A stretch of 64,000 nt of DNA from positions 1,240,001 through 1,304,000 of the forward strand of contig CM076000.1 of assembly GCA_038087875.1 (NCBI GenBank), given 5' to 3'. The translations under genes were made by a program, and so were the position numbers. Below, piece after piece: positions 51,543-63,634 of this stretch; position 1 is the first letter of the stretch; every line of letters begins with the position of its first letter. This DNA is from Malacoraja senta (lineage: Eukaryota). The notes beneath the pieces were generated by a model that saw only the letters and a list, made by a program, of their open reading frames with translations, searched no databases and was not told the origin of the DNA.

Positions 51543-52584
51543 TAGGTATGTTACAAAACTTACCTTCAGCAGCGCTGCAGTTCTGTCACTGCCCGTGTGC
51601 GCGACTTTGGCGCCTTTGAGAGGGGGGCGGGTTTAAAATGCGGTATTTCTCCAGACTATTCAAATCGATTTTGAAAAGGCTGTTTAGAAGCTGAAGAAAA
51701 ATCACTTCGACATCGGTTTTATTAAATTAATTTTAAACTGGACTGGATAATTTCATAACAGGAGTAAATTAAAAAGCATCTTCTAAAGCCGTCAAAGCCG
51801 ACAACGGGGGCGGATTTCACGCACGGGACAAGGCAAGGTACACCGTTTATTTTTTCATATAAACTAGCTTCTTAGGATGCCTTTAATAAAAATTTCAATT
51901 TGCGAAAATGTGATTATTTAAATATACCAACCGGCAGTATATTTCCTGCCGATATTGGGGTTTAATTCAGTGCAAATGCAATGTTCCAAACCAGCGCGTT
52001 CCACAAAATCCCACTCGCAAGGTGATTTAAATGGCCATTAATTTCCAGGAATTAAACACTAAATTCCTTCCATTTGGCCTATAAATTCATGACAATGAGA
52101 TTTAAAAATCATGTAATATTGTGAATTCTTGTGTGAATGTTATTTGGACACTTAAGCTATTTAAAAATGTTAACCTTTTCTTAAGAAATTGATAGATGTT
52201 TAGATCTAGTAATTGAATTTTGTAATTAGCTACAATTGGGTTAACTAATTATATGCTTTAATTTCAGGTCATCCAAGTAACATTGTTTCATATTTGTTTC
52301 AGAATGCTTCAATCTATAATAACTGAAAATTTCATTCAGTTCTCTTAATTTTTAAGAAAGTTATGGGCTTTTGACTGTCCTTGATCACAGCTTTTTTGTT
52401 AAGTCAATGGAAAAGCAATAGGGAACAAGATGCTAATTTCCGAGTATGAAAATGGCCATAACTTTTTTAATACTGAAGATATGAAAGTGAATTAGGTGTC
52501 AAATTAAACTTCATTTTATGCTTTATCTGATGGGATAAATTGCAGACTAGATTTTTAAAATTTCAAAATGTTGTAACATTGCTA
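51543..52584. mobile_element. Non-autonomous TIR DNA transposon (TAG...CTA ends)
   Basis: TAGGTATGTTACAA / TTGTAACATTGCTA; direct repeat GATACTG (51536-42, 52585-91); related partial inverted copy at ~42971-43698. Confidence 0.75.
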
Positions 52585-52934
52585 GATACTGCCTGTCCCG
52601 CTGAGTTACAGAGAAACATAGAAAATAGGTGCAGTAGTAGGCCATTCGGCCCTTCAAGTCATCACCGACATTCAATATGATCAAAGCTGATCATCTAAAA
52701 TCAGGACCCCGTTCCTGTTTTCTCCCCATATCCCTTGATTCCGTTAGCCCTAAGAGCTTTCTAACTGTCTTGAAAACATCCAGTGAATTGGCCTCCACTG
52801 CCTTCTGTGGCAGAGAATTCCACAGATTCACAACTCTCTGGGTGAAGATGTTTTTTTCCCTCATCTTATTCTTAAACTGTGACTGTCAATACTCAGTTTC
52901 TCCAGAGATGTTGCCTGTCCCCACTGTTGAAGTT

Positions 52935-53560
52935 GGTGCCCCGCGAGCACGAGCACGACGCGCGGGCACGAGCAGAGACGAGACGGTGCGCGCTGCCGCC
53001 GCGCGTCACCAACGGCCGCGCTTCGCTTTGCGACAGTGGCGCGCAGCCACTGGCGTGAGCGCGTCGGTTTGCGGCAGTTCCCGCGGCCTACTCGCCCGCC
53101 GTTGCAGCCGAGCGGATGTTTGATGCTCCGGGCCGGTGAAGGCGGCGGCTGCGGCGGCGGTGGCGGCGGCGGGCTCCCCTGGCCCTGGTGACCATGACGC
53201 TGGCTCCCAAGGAGCTGAGCAGCCTGATCGGCATCATCTGCGAGGAGGCGACCAGCAACACTTTCGAGGGCCTGTCCACGGCTTTCCACCACTACTTCGG
53301 CAAGCACGACCACTTCCGCCTCGGCTCCACGCTCGTCATGTTGCTGCAGCAGCCCGACCTGCTGCCCAGCCCGCAGCAGCGCCTCACCGCACTCTACTTG
53401 CTCTGGGAGATGTATCGCACCGAGCCGCTGGCCGCCAACCCCTTCGCCGCTGTATTCGCACACCTGCTGAACGCGGGCACGGCGGCCGAGGACCCGGACA
53501 GGCCGCTGCTCGGTAAGCGGGCATAGCCACCGGCTCCACTTGGACGCTGTGTCCAGCCCT
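52935..53560 (+). promoter_or_regulatory. CpG island / probable promoter and 5' UTR of CNOT11
   Basis: Very dense CpG and GC content spanning the first coding exon, against an AT-rich, CpG-poor background. Confidence 0.8.
53194..53512 (+). CDS. CNOT11: CCR4-NOT complex subunit 11, coding exon 1
   Basis: accATG start; [19 protein letters not shown]...[28 protein letters not shown]...[20 protein letters not shown]; phase-1 donor G|GTAAG; lies in a CpG island. Confidence 0.95.
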
Positions 53561-55273
53561 CGCTTTGCAGAAAGTCACTTTCACTCCTTCCCTGTACATT
53601 GCAATCCAGGGCATAAAGTGCTGGAGTAATTCAGCGGGTCAGGCAGCATCTCTGGAGAACATGAATAGTTATGAATCTATGAATAGTTTCAATCAATGGT
53701 TCTATCTATGTGTCTTTCTCTGAATAGTTGACGGTTCGGGTCGGGACCCTTCTTCAGACAGAAGAATCTGTGTGAAGAAGGGTTCCGACCCGTACCTTCA
53801 AGTATTCCTGTTCTCCAGAGATGCTGTCTGACCCGCTGAGTTACTCCAGCATTTTGTGTCCTTTTGTGTAAAACAGCATCTGTGGTTCCTTGTTTCTATG
53901 CTTTACAATCCAGGGTGTTTACTGATGTAGGGGTGAGAGCTGCAATCCTGACCAGAGTGGGGACTCACTGGTGGAGAAGAAGGGATGATGAAGGAAGAAA
54001 GATTGAAAGTGGGTAGATGGCGGAGGGAAAGGTGGATATCCGCCTGTCTGGGGAGAGGCGGAGAAGTGGGATGCTGGCCAGCGTTGGGGAGACAAAAAGG
54101 ATTCTAGGGAACTGGTTGCTCCTTCTGGGGGACAGAAATTAAGGCTGGGTAGAGGTAGATGCTGTCACTTCTGAGCAATAGAAGATGAAAAATGGGAGTT
54201 CCGAGAGGGAGAAGTACTGCTGAAGGTGAAATTGCCCAGGTGGGGCGGAGGGAGAGAAGGAAATTGTCCCATCAGGGCAGGAGGGTACAGGGAAGTGGAA
54301 GATGCTCCATCTGTGTGAGAGGAGAGTGAAGAGAGGCAGAATGGCCCTATCTGGGTGTAAATAGTGGCTACCACTATTAACGATTTTGATAGCAGAATTA
54401 GGCCATTTACTCTTCGAGTCTACTTTGCCGTTCAATCATGGCTCATCTATCTTTCCCTCTTAACCCATTCTCAGACCTTCTTCTTGTAACGTTTGACGCC
54501 CTTACTAATCAAAAACCTGTCAATCTCCGCTTTAAAAATGCCCGATGACGGCCTCCACAGCCATCTGTGACAATTAACTGCACAGATTCACCACTCTGAC
54601 AAAATAAATTCCTCCTCATCTCCTTTCTAAAGGTACATCCTTTTGTTCTGAGGCTGTGCCCTCTGACCCTTGACTCTCCGACTAGTGGAAACATCCTCCC
54701 CACATCCATTCTGTCCAGGCCTTTCCCTATTCAGTAAGTTTCAATCAGGTAATTGATGACTGTGTATAATTCACCCAGTGTCACCTTGCCATTGGGTTAG
54801 GGTGGTATATAGCCCTCCGACATGATGGTAGAGGTGAATTCCCTGGGTAGATGAAAGGTACGGCATTTCATGTTCAGATGTTCCAGGCCCGGGGGGGCAG
54901 AACTGAGCTAAGACCGTTACAGACATTTTATAATTTTAAAAATCTCTTCACCATTCTAGAAATTGCAGCCAGTCAATGAGCTTTAAAGACATATTGGATT
55001 AAATGGTAAAACATGTCTCCCATAATACAGCTGTAGTTCAGCTGCTAATTGAGTAAATCCTGCCTGTTTGAAAGACGAGTCACATTTAAGTAATTGGTAC
55101 TGGATGAGATAGATATACTGGAGGATGACGTGAATATGATGTGCAGACTCCTTTCAGAACATTTTAACACTTATAATATAAATCTAATCACTGTTGGAAA
55201 ATGTCAAGGTATTCAGCATGGGCTAGCTGTACTGTGAATTGTTTACAACTGTCTCCATGCATAATGCAGAAAA

Positions 55274-56350
55274 TACATAGATACATAGATACATAGAAAA
55301 TAGGTGCAGGAGTAGGCCATTCGGCCCTTCGAGCCTGCACCGCCATTCAATATGATCATGGCTGATCATCCAACTCAGTATCCCGTACCTGCCTTCTCTC
55401 CATACCCCCTGATCCCTTTAGCCACAAGGGCCACATCTAACTCCCTCTTAAATATAGCCAATGAACTGGCGTCAACTACCCTCTGTGGCAGAGAGTTCCA
55501 GAGATTCACCACTCTCTGTGTGAAAAAGTTTTTCCTCATCTCGGTCTTAAAGGATTTCCCCCTTATCCTTAAGCTGTGACCCCTTGTCCTGGACTTCCCC
55601 AACATCGGGAACAATCTTCCTGCATCTAGCCTGTCCAACCCCATAAGAATTTTGTACGTTTCTATAAGATCCCCTCTCAATCTCCTAAATTCTAGCGAGT
55701 ATAAGCCAAGTCTATCCAGTCTTTCTTCATATGAAAGTCCTGACATCCCAGGAATCAGTCTGGTGAACCTTCTCTGCACTCCCTCTATGGCTATAATGTC
55801 CTTCCTCAGATTTGGAGACCAAAACTGTACGCAATACTCCAGGTGTGGTCTCACCAAGACCCTGTACAACTGCAGTAGAACCTCCCTGCTCCTATACTCA
55901 AATCCTCTTGCTATGAAGGCCAACATACCATTCGCTTTCTTCACTGCCTGCTGCACCTGCATGCCTACTTTCAATGACTGGTGTACCATGACACCCAGGT
56001 CTCGCTGCACCTCCCCATTTCCTAATCGGCCACCATTTAGATAATAGTCTGCCTTCCCGTTTTTGCCACCAAAGTGGATAACCTCACATTTATCCACATT
56101 ATACTGCATCTGCCAAACATTTGCCCACTCCCCCAGCCTATCCAAGTCACCTTGCAGTCTCCTAGCATCCTCCTCACAGCTAACACTGCCCCCCAGCTTA
56201 GTGTCATCCGCAAACTTGGAGATGTTGCTTTCAATTCCCTCGTCCAGATCATTAATATAAATTGTAAATAGCTGGGGTCCCAGCACTGAGCCTTGCGGTA
56301 CCCCACTAGTCACTGCCTGCCATTGTGAAAAGGACCCGTTTACTCCTACT
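55274..56350 (-). mobile_element. 5'-truncated CR1 with uninterrupted C-terminal ORF2, in CNOT11 intron 1
   Basis: Open frame from GVNGSFSQWQAVTSGVPQGSVLGP through FADDTKL to the stop at 55375; (CTATGTAT)n tail. Confidence 0.93.
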
Positions 56351-56573
56351 CCTACTCTTACTAAAATAAGTCGACCTTCATCACAGACCAACAACATGAA
56401 CATTGCAGTTGAGGTTAAACTGAGGGCTAGCTGCGCGGTGGTGTTTTCCATCAAAGAATGAATGCACAATAGGCATTTCAGACAAATTAGTCAAATCTGC
56501 TATTTTAGTAAGAATTGTCTTCCAAGAAAATTCCTCTGGGTAATTAGAATTCTTAAGAATGCAAATAAAATGA

Positions 56574-56882
<309 letters not shown>

Positions 56883-57385
56883 TGAAATTGTTATTTTCCT
56901 TTTTACAAAGCTGTAGCCACAGTACCTTGCCTGCAAAGCCAAGAATACGGAATTCTATTGTTACCTTATGAATGCGTACTCTTTTCGCAACTCACAAAAT
57001 GTAGACTGCAGTTATCATATAGAGTTTTTTTTTAATACCAATAATTGCTAGAATCACTGACAAGATTCTGAAACTTTAGCAATACAAAAAAGAAACCAAC
57101 CTGCCTCTGACTGGAATTGTTAGGATTTTGCTTTATTGTTGTAACCTGTCTCTGCTCATTTATCTACTCAACAAAATTTGAAACAAAAGCAGATTGAAAC
57201 AAATTTTGAAAATACTGTCATATTTAGGCAATTTTAAACTGATTTACAAAAATAGAATTGGTAAAGCTTTAAGGGACATTAAATTGTAGTGTGTTATTAT
57301 GAAGTACAGAAAAGGCTGAAATAGTATTGTCAATGAACTATAGAGACATAGAGACACAACAAGATTTATAGTGGCTAATCCATTG

Positions 57386-59661
57386 CAGGGCTCTTGCTTA
57401 ACTTTTTTCCCCTGTTGCCAGCCGGGCAACCTTGGCAGCTTTTTAGGTTGCCAAATGACAGTTTAGGTGGTCATTTAAGATGGCTTGCATGACGCATGCA
57501 ATAATGTGCTCGGACGAAGTGCGTAGTTACCAGTCGGAATTATACTCAATGAAGCATTCACATATTATTTCTGCTTCAAATAAAGTCACAAACTAAACAT
57601 ATTCACCAATCAAGACATGATATATCCCACAATGACATGCAGCAAAATTATAAGACAGTATCTCAACTCTTTTTACATGTTGCAATTAATGCAATTTCTA
57701 TTAGTTCTTTCCACTTCCAAACAACAATGTGGTTGGATTATTCAGCGTATGATCAACCTGTGTCAATAAATCCTGGACCATGGTAAAATATATGCGTACG
57801 TATAGTTGTGATTGTTGCTCACTAAATAACTACAGTACTGATACTCCATATTAAGAGCATTGATTTGCCGTTAAAATGAATTCTGTAATGTGTCAACGGC
57901 AGCAGTGACAATCGAACACTGCGGTTTTAATGTTTCACGTGTTCACAATTTAATTAATCCATCTTTATGTATTAAAACAAATAATAACATTGGGAATTAA
58001 AACACATTTGATTGCATTCTGTTATCAAACATAGTCAAAGTTCGCTCTGAAGACATTTCCAGCACAATAGGGTCAGGGAGGGAGGTGTGTATGAATCAGT
58101 GCGGGGTGGATAGATGGCGGGGGGGGGGGGGGGTTAGAGGGCGGTGCAGAATGGATGGATTGAGGCAGGTGAATTAGTACGTGTTGGTTGGAGTAGGTAA
58201 AATTGTGAGGGGAGAGCACTGGGGATGTCAGTGGTGTTGAATTGGGGGGGGGGGTTCAGTACGGGATGGATGGGGGTAGACAAAAGTGCTGGAGAAACTC
58301 AGCGGGTGAGGCAGCATTTATGGAGCGAAGGAAATAGGCAACGTTTTGTGTCGAGACCCTTCTTCAGACTGTTCCCCCTATTCTTCTTGAATGGGAGGAT
58401 CAGTACAGGATGGATGGGGGGGGGAGATCAGCGCAGGATAAATGGGGGGGGGGTCAGTACAGTGTGGATCGGAGGGTCTGTGAAGGATGAATGGGGGATC
58501 ACTACAGGATGAAGGGGGGATCACTACAGGATGAAGGGGGGGGAAGGTGCAGGGTAAATGGAGGGTGGGTCAGTATGGGATGAATGCGTGGATTAGTACA
58601 GGATGGATGGGGGATCAGTACAGGATGGATGGAGGAGAAGTGGAGGATGGATGGGAAAGGTAAGTACAGGGTGAATTGGGGAACCAGTGTAGGATGGATG
58701 GGGGGGGGGGGGGTGGTGGCAGGAGAATCAGTGCGAGGTGGATAGGGTGATCAGTGCAGGATGAATAGATGGGGGGGGGTGGTAGATGGGGAGGGGAGCA
58801 CAGGGGATGTCAGTGAGGACTGAATAGAGGCGGGAATGGGGATCAGTGCGGGATGGAGTGGAGGGGTCCCAGGATAAGGGGGTGGAGGGGGCGTACAAAA
58901 GAGAGAGAGAGAGGGAGAGGTGGGGAGGAAGGAAGGTCAGCGCTCCTCAGACAACATCGCCCCGCTGTCTTGGCCGTTGGGAACTCCTCGCCACCGCCTC
59001 CCTCCTCCACCACCAACAGCAGGGTGTGGGGCCGGGCGGTGCAGCTCAGAGATCCTATAGCTATAGGATCTTTGGTGCAGCTGCTTCAGACGAGTCGGAG
59101 CGAATGACGGGCTTCGCACAGCGGCAGCAGCGGCCGCGAACAGCAGCTCCATCTCCTCCTCCCTCCCCCCGCCCGCCCTGATAAGGGCCTCTGCTTGCAA
59201 ACCCGCTAACAGCGATAACCGCTTTCAAAACAAATCCTCCTGCACGGTGAGGCCTCCCTCTCCCTCCCTCCCTCCTCCCGGCCTTGGAGTGCGGGAGGGT
59301 TTGTTTCGAAAGCGGTTATCGCCGTTAGCGGGTTTGCAAGCAGAGGCCCTCATCAGGGCGGGCGGGGAGCGGGAGGAGGAGGAGATGGAGCCGCTGTGCG
59401 AAGCCCGTCATTCCTAGTATCCTCACCCCGCACCTAGTATCTTTGCCCCGCAATACAGCCGTCACCGCCGACACAAAACATTGCGTTCCTTTTCTCCAGA
59501 GATGCTGCCTGACCCGCGGAGTTACTCCATTTTTTTGTGTCTATCTTCGGTACAAACCAGTATCTGGTTGCCAAGCCGGGCAAAATGACTCGGCGTTTAG
59601 GTTGCCTGGCGGCGCTTTGAGTGGTCAGTGGCACCCGGGCAACCTCTAATTTCGAGCCCTG
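57386..59661. mobile_element. Non-autonomous DNA transposon with 5-bp TSD (hAT5-like) in CNOT11 intron 2
   Basis: CAGGGCTC...GAGCCCTG termini, TSD CATTG (57381-85, 59662-66), subterminal GGCAACC/GGTTGCC repeats at both ends. Confidence 0.75.
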
Positions 59662-60010
59662 CATTGTATAATAAACAAAGTTAATACACTCATGAAAATA
59701 GTCTGCTTAAAGAGAAACAACAGTAAACGTGACAGTAACTACTGCAACCTCGTTCAAAATAGTAAGGACGTTGTTTCCAGAAAAATGAAATGAAGGATTA
59801 TTACAAATGAATTATATGTACAAAGTCAATCTCAGTCACTTATTCCTATGTGATTGACAGGAGAATTGTTCATTAGTTCAATTCTGCAGCCTTTACTGAA
59901 TGACCTGTTTAAAGATTTATAGGTTTTAGATGATTTTTGTAAGGAACTGTATGATGTTTTCTGAATATCGTTTGTACATTTTTGTGCCTAATCTTTCATT
60001 TATTCTGCAG

Positions 60011-60163
60011 AGCGCCAGTCTGAATTACCAACACAGAGCAAAGCAAGTTTTCCAAGCATACTCCCCGATCCTGATCCCGACTCTTCTAATTCTGGATTTG
60101 ACAGTTCTGTAGCAACTCAAATTATAGAGGCTTTAGTGAGTGGACCAAGGCCACCAATAGAAA
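60011..60163 (+). CDS. CNOT11: CNOT11 coding exon 3
   Basis: ttctgcag acceptor; (E)[50 protein letters not shown]; donor A|GTAGGT; 153 nt, phase 1-1. Translated by hand; this frame is not in the ORF track. Confidence 0.93.
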
Positions 60164-61070
60164 GTAGGTGCTCTTAAATTGATATCCAAAAAAAAGAATT
60201 AAAAATGTTTGACTCTCTTACGCAAAACGTGAATTCAACTTGGTCCAGTACATTAAATTAATTTGTTTTACTAGCTTTTGTTATGACAAGTTACTTAGCA
60301 CAGAAAGCCATCCTTTCTGGTGTGGGACCAAGTTAGTAGTAATAATTTCATAAATGGCCACCATCATTAACATGGAGGCCATCTAGTTCACCAGGCAAAT
60401 GTAGTACCGTTGCACATGGAAAGAAGCAAAAAAATATGTTTGGCTTCATTTCCATGCTAATGGCCACTTCATTGATGCGTGCAGAGTGATTTGCAATCCT
60501 GCAAAAGTTACCTGTATTGCATGATTCCTAGGGATTTTACTCGTGTTAACTTGAGGAAGATCTTCTGCACATAAAGAGTATTCAGTATTTCACTCTGCAT
60601 TGACTCCTATAATATGGACAGTGAAGTGCTTAGCTGGTAAAATGTTGGAGGAAAAAGAAAACTGGACAGGCAAGAAGCTTTCTTTGAAGTTGTTAAAGAA
60701 AATAAATAGTTTGATGTCTTTTATTTAAATTTTATTTATTTTATTTTTCATTTCCCTGATTGTAAATATTGCTCGATATTAAGAAAGTAATTAGTGGAAT
60801 GGCAGGAAATTTGCAGCCAATCCAAGGAGTCCATTGTAAGGGTGCAATCAGAATAGTGGATGTGAGGACCCCTCAGCAAGTTTGAAATGTGCACGTGGAC
60901 TCAATTATGAGAAAATCATGAACTTCTAGAGAGTTATGTGGGTTGTGCTGGAGCGCCACACTGAAATATGGGCAATTACCAGGAAATTCTAGGCTAATAC
61001 ATTTTTATTATCAATTTTTGTTCCAGTGGAATAGTAAAATTAATCACGGTTCTTTTTCTCTCGTGTGAAG

Positions 61071-61273
61071 GTCACTTTCGGCCAGAGTTTATTCGGCCTG
61101 CTCCTCCACTTCATGTATGTGAAGATGAGCTAGCTTGGCTAAACCCCACAGAACCGGATCATACAATCCAATGGGATAAAACCATGTGTGTTAAAAACAG
61201 CACTGGGGTGGAAATTAAGCGCATCATGGCAAAGGCCTTCAAGAGTCCCTTGTCTGCACAGCAACAAACACAG
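61071..61273 (+). CDS. CNOT11: CNOT11 coding exon 4; later exons outside the window
   Basis: AG acceptor at 61069-70; (S)[67 protein letters not shown]; donor CAG|GTAATT; 203 nt, phase 1-0. Confidence 0.95.
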
Positions 61274-63401
61274 GTAATTGCAAATCAAACAGCTGGATCA
61301 TTAGGACCATCGATACAATACACCACCAATATTCTTTGTTTGGAAATTGCAGCTCTGATTGCCAGAACCATGTGGTAAATCCTGATATCATATTTGCCAT
61401 TAAGTGACAACTCTCATGACCAGATAGTAAGTGATCATAAAGATGGGAAAGGTGGAGTGGGTTTTAATGTGGGTTTTAAGTCTTGCATGGATTGGGGTAA
61501 GTAGATTAGTTTATATCAGTCGTGAATTTCTCGTATTCAAGCTACTTGTCTATAACTATGCATTCCAAAGCCAACTAGAGACTAGAACATTAGAGAATAC
61601 AGCAATGTATTGAACCCAATTTTGAAAATTGCCTGAAGATGAGAGAAATATGAAAGAAACAATTACACCTGAATAAGGATGATATGTGTAAAAAATCAAC
61701 ATGCAGTGGAACTGAGAAAAGTAAAGAAATGAAACTCTTGGGAGAACACTTAGATTACCTACTCTCCCCCAACTTAGAACAATGAGAAATATACAGGCAG
61801 GATTTTGACAGATATAAAAACAATGCGTAAGTAATAGGGATTTCATCAATCCTTCACAGGGATGCAAGCAGTGCAAAAGGTATGGAGGGTGCAACATCTT
61901 TAAAACCCAAACATCACAATCTCAACAAGAGAAAGGGTAGTTCTGAACTTGATTTAAGAAAACAAATCTTAACAAATGGTAGTTATTGTGCGAGAGAAAA
62001 TATTGGTGGTAACAACCATAATGCAGTTAGATCTAGTAGGCTTTTGGGAAAGGACAAAGATGAATCGGGTGTCAAAGATTTTGTGACGTTTCGGGTTGAG
62101 ACCCTTCAGACTCGCTGAACTCTCGTCGGAGAGAGGAGGAGAACTTCAAAGTAGACATACCTTGAGGAGATTTTGCAGTGGAGCAGACAAAATGTGTAGA
62201 AAAGAACTGCAGATGCTGGTTTAAACCAAAGATAGACAAAGTGCTGGCGTAAATCAGCATCTCTGGATAGATGGAATGGGTGATGTTTTGGGTCGAGACG
62301 CTTCAGAGTCAAAGATTTTGGTTGGAGTAAGACCACCTTTTCTGGGTTGAAAGATGACTAGGCAAAAATGGAGTGAAAATAACTATGAGAAGGTAAGTTA
62401 GTGCAAGAGGGAATTGCTGTAGGGTTAGAGGTGCAAATATTGCCACTAAGAAAAAGCTTGTTGCTAAGTCTGGACACTGCTTGATATCACGTTGAGTAGC
62501 ATAAGATTAAAAAAGGTAAACTTATCAGATACCAACAGCTCAATACTGTAGAACAATTGGAGGATTATTGAAAGTGCAGGGGTGAAATTAAAGAAAGTCG
62601 GAAGGAAAGACATGAAAAAATTGAGCCAGGCCCAAAGTTATTTTTAATATAGTGCAGTAGGATAACATAGGGCTTTTTTGGAGACTGAGAAAGTGATGTG
62701 TGGACACAAAATACATAGATTTGTTCCAAATGAAAACTTTCACCATTCTTGGCAAAGAGGCAGAAATGAAGAAGCAGCAGCTGGTGAGAGGGGAGGGAGC
62801 CGCAGGATGACCGAGTGCACCCTGTCGGTCGCAGCAGCCTGAATAAAGCGCTGTTGGCCAGGGGCTACAACATGAGCCACATCAACTGGACCATGCGGCT
62901 ACTGGTGAAGGGATTGCTGGTGCTGATCAACGGCATCAGCACCTAGCTTTAAGGTTAAACAGCACAATGTGTTGGAGTAACTCAGCAGACTGAATCAGTC
63001 TGAAGAAGTGTCTCGACCCAAAACGTTACCTACCCATGTTCTCCAGAGAACCTGCTGAGTCACTCCAGCACTTTGTGTCATTTTGTGTATTAGCCAGTAC
63101 CTGCAGTTCTTTGTTTCTTATGATGATCCAACTTACATAAAATCTGACTTGCCTAAGGGTTTACGGAATGTAACCCTTGCGTGAGTTGGAGAGTGTCTGC
63201 ATTGTGCTGATGAGCTCAAGCCAAGCAGATGGATGAAGCACTCTGCTATTTTTGTCAATTCTCTGGCCTCAGAGTTGCAAAAGTGGAGCCTGAAAATCTG
63301 TTGCCTGCCATTTTCCTCCAGACTATTGATGTGGAAAATTAAAAAAAAAATCTTATACTGGATACATGCACCTGCTTCCTCAGGCGCCAGATGCTCTAAA
63401 A

Positions 63402-63634
63402 CAGGGTTCCCAACCTTTTTCGCCCCGTTTACCCGTGGCAACTTTAATAGCACATAACAATGTTATTTCACTTATTTTTCAACAACTAATGATGAACACA
63501 TACTGGTATACCAGCACCAAACACAGTCAGTTAATGAGAAAAATTATGTATAAATCCAGAATCAACAAATTTACCCCCTGGGTAGGCAAAATTTACTCCC
63601 TGGGGGTAAATTTGCCCCAGGTTGGGAACCCTTG
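63402..63634. mobile_element. hAT (Charlie-like) MITE in CNOT11 intron 4
   Basis: CAGGGTTCCCAACCT / AGGTTGGGAACCCTTG; 8-bp TSD CTCTAAAA (63394-401, 63635-42). Confidence 0.8.

Noticed and set aside
52861..53614. 200-aa antisense ORF and 126-aa alternative-frame ORF over CNOT11 exon 1
   Set aside because: Expected stop-poor frames of GC-rich coding DNA
55375..56469. 364-aa ORF as a host gene
   Set aside because: Truncated CR1 ORF2 fused by chance to flanking intronic sequence
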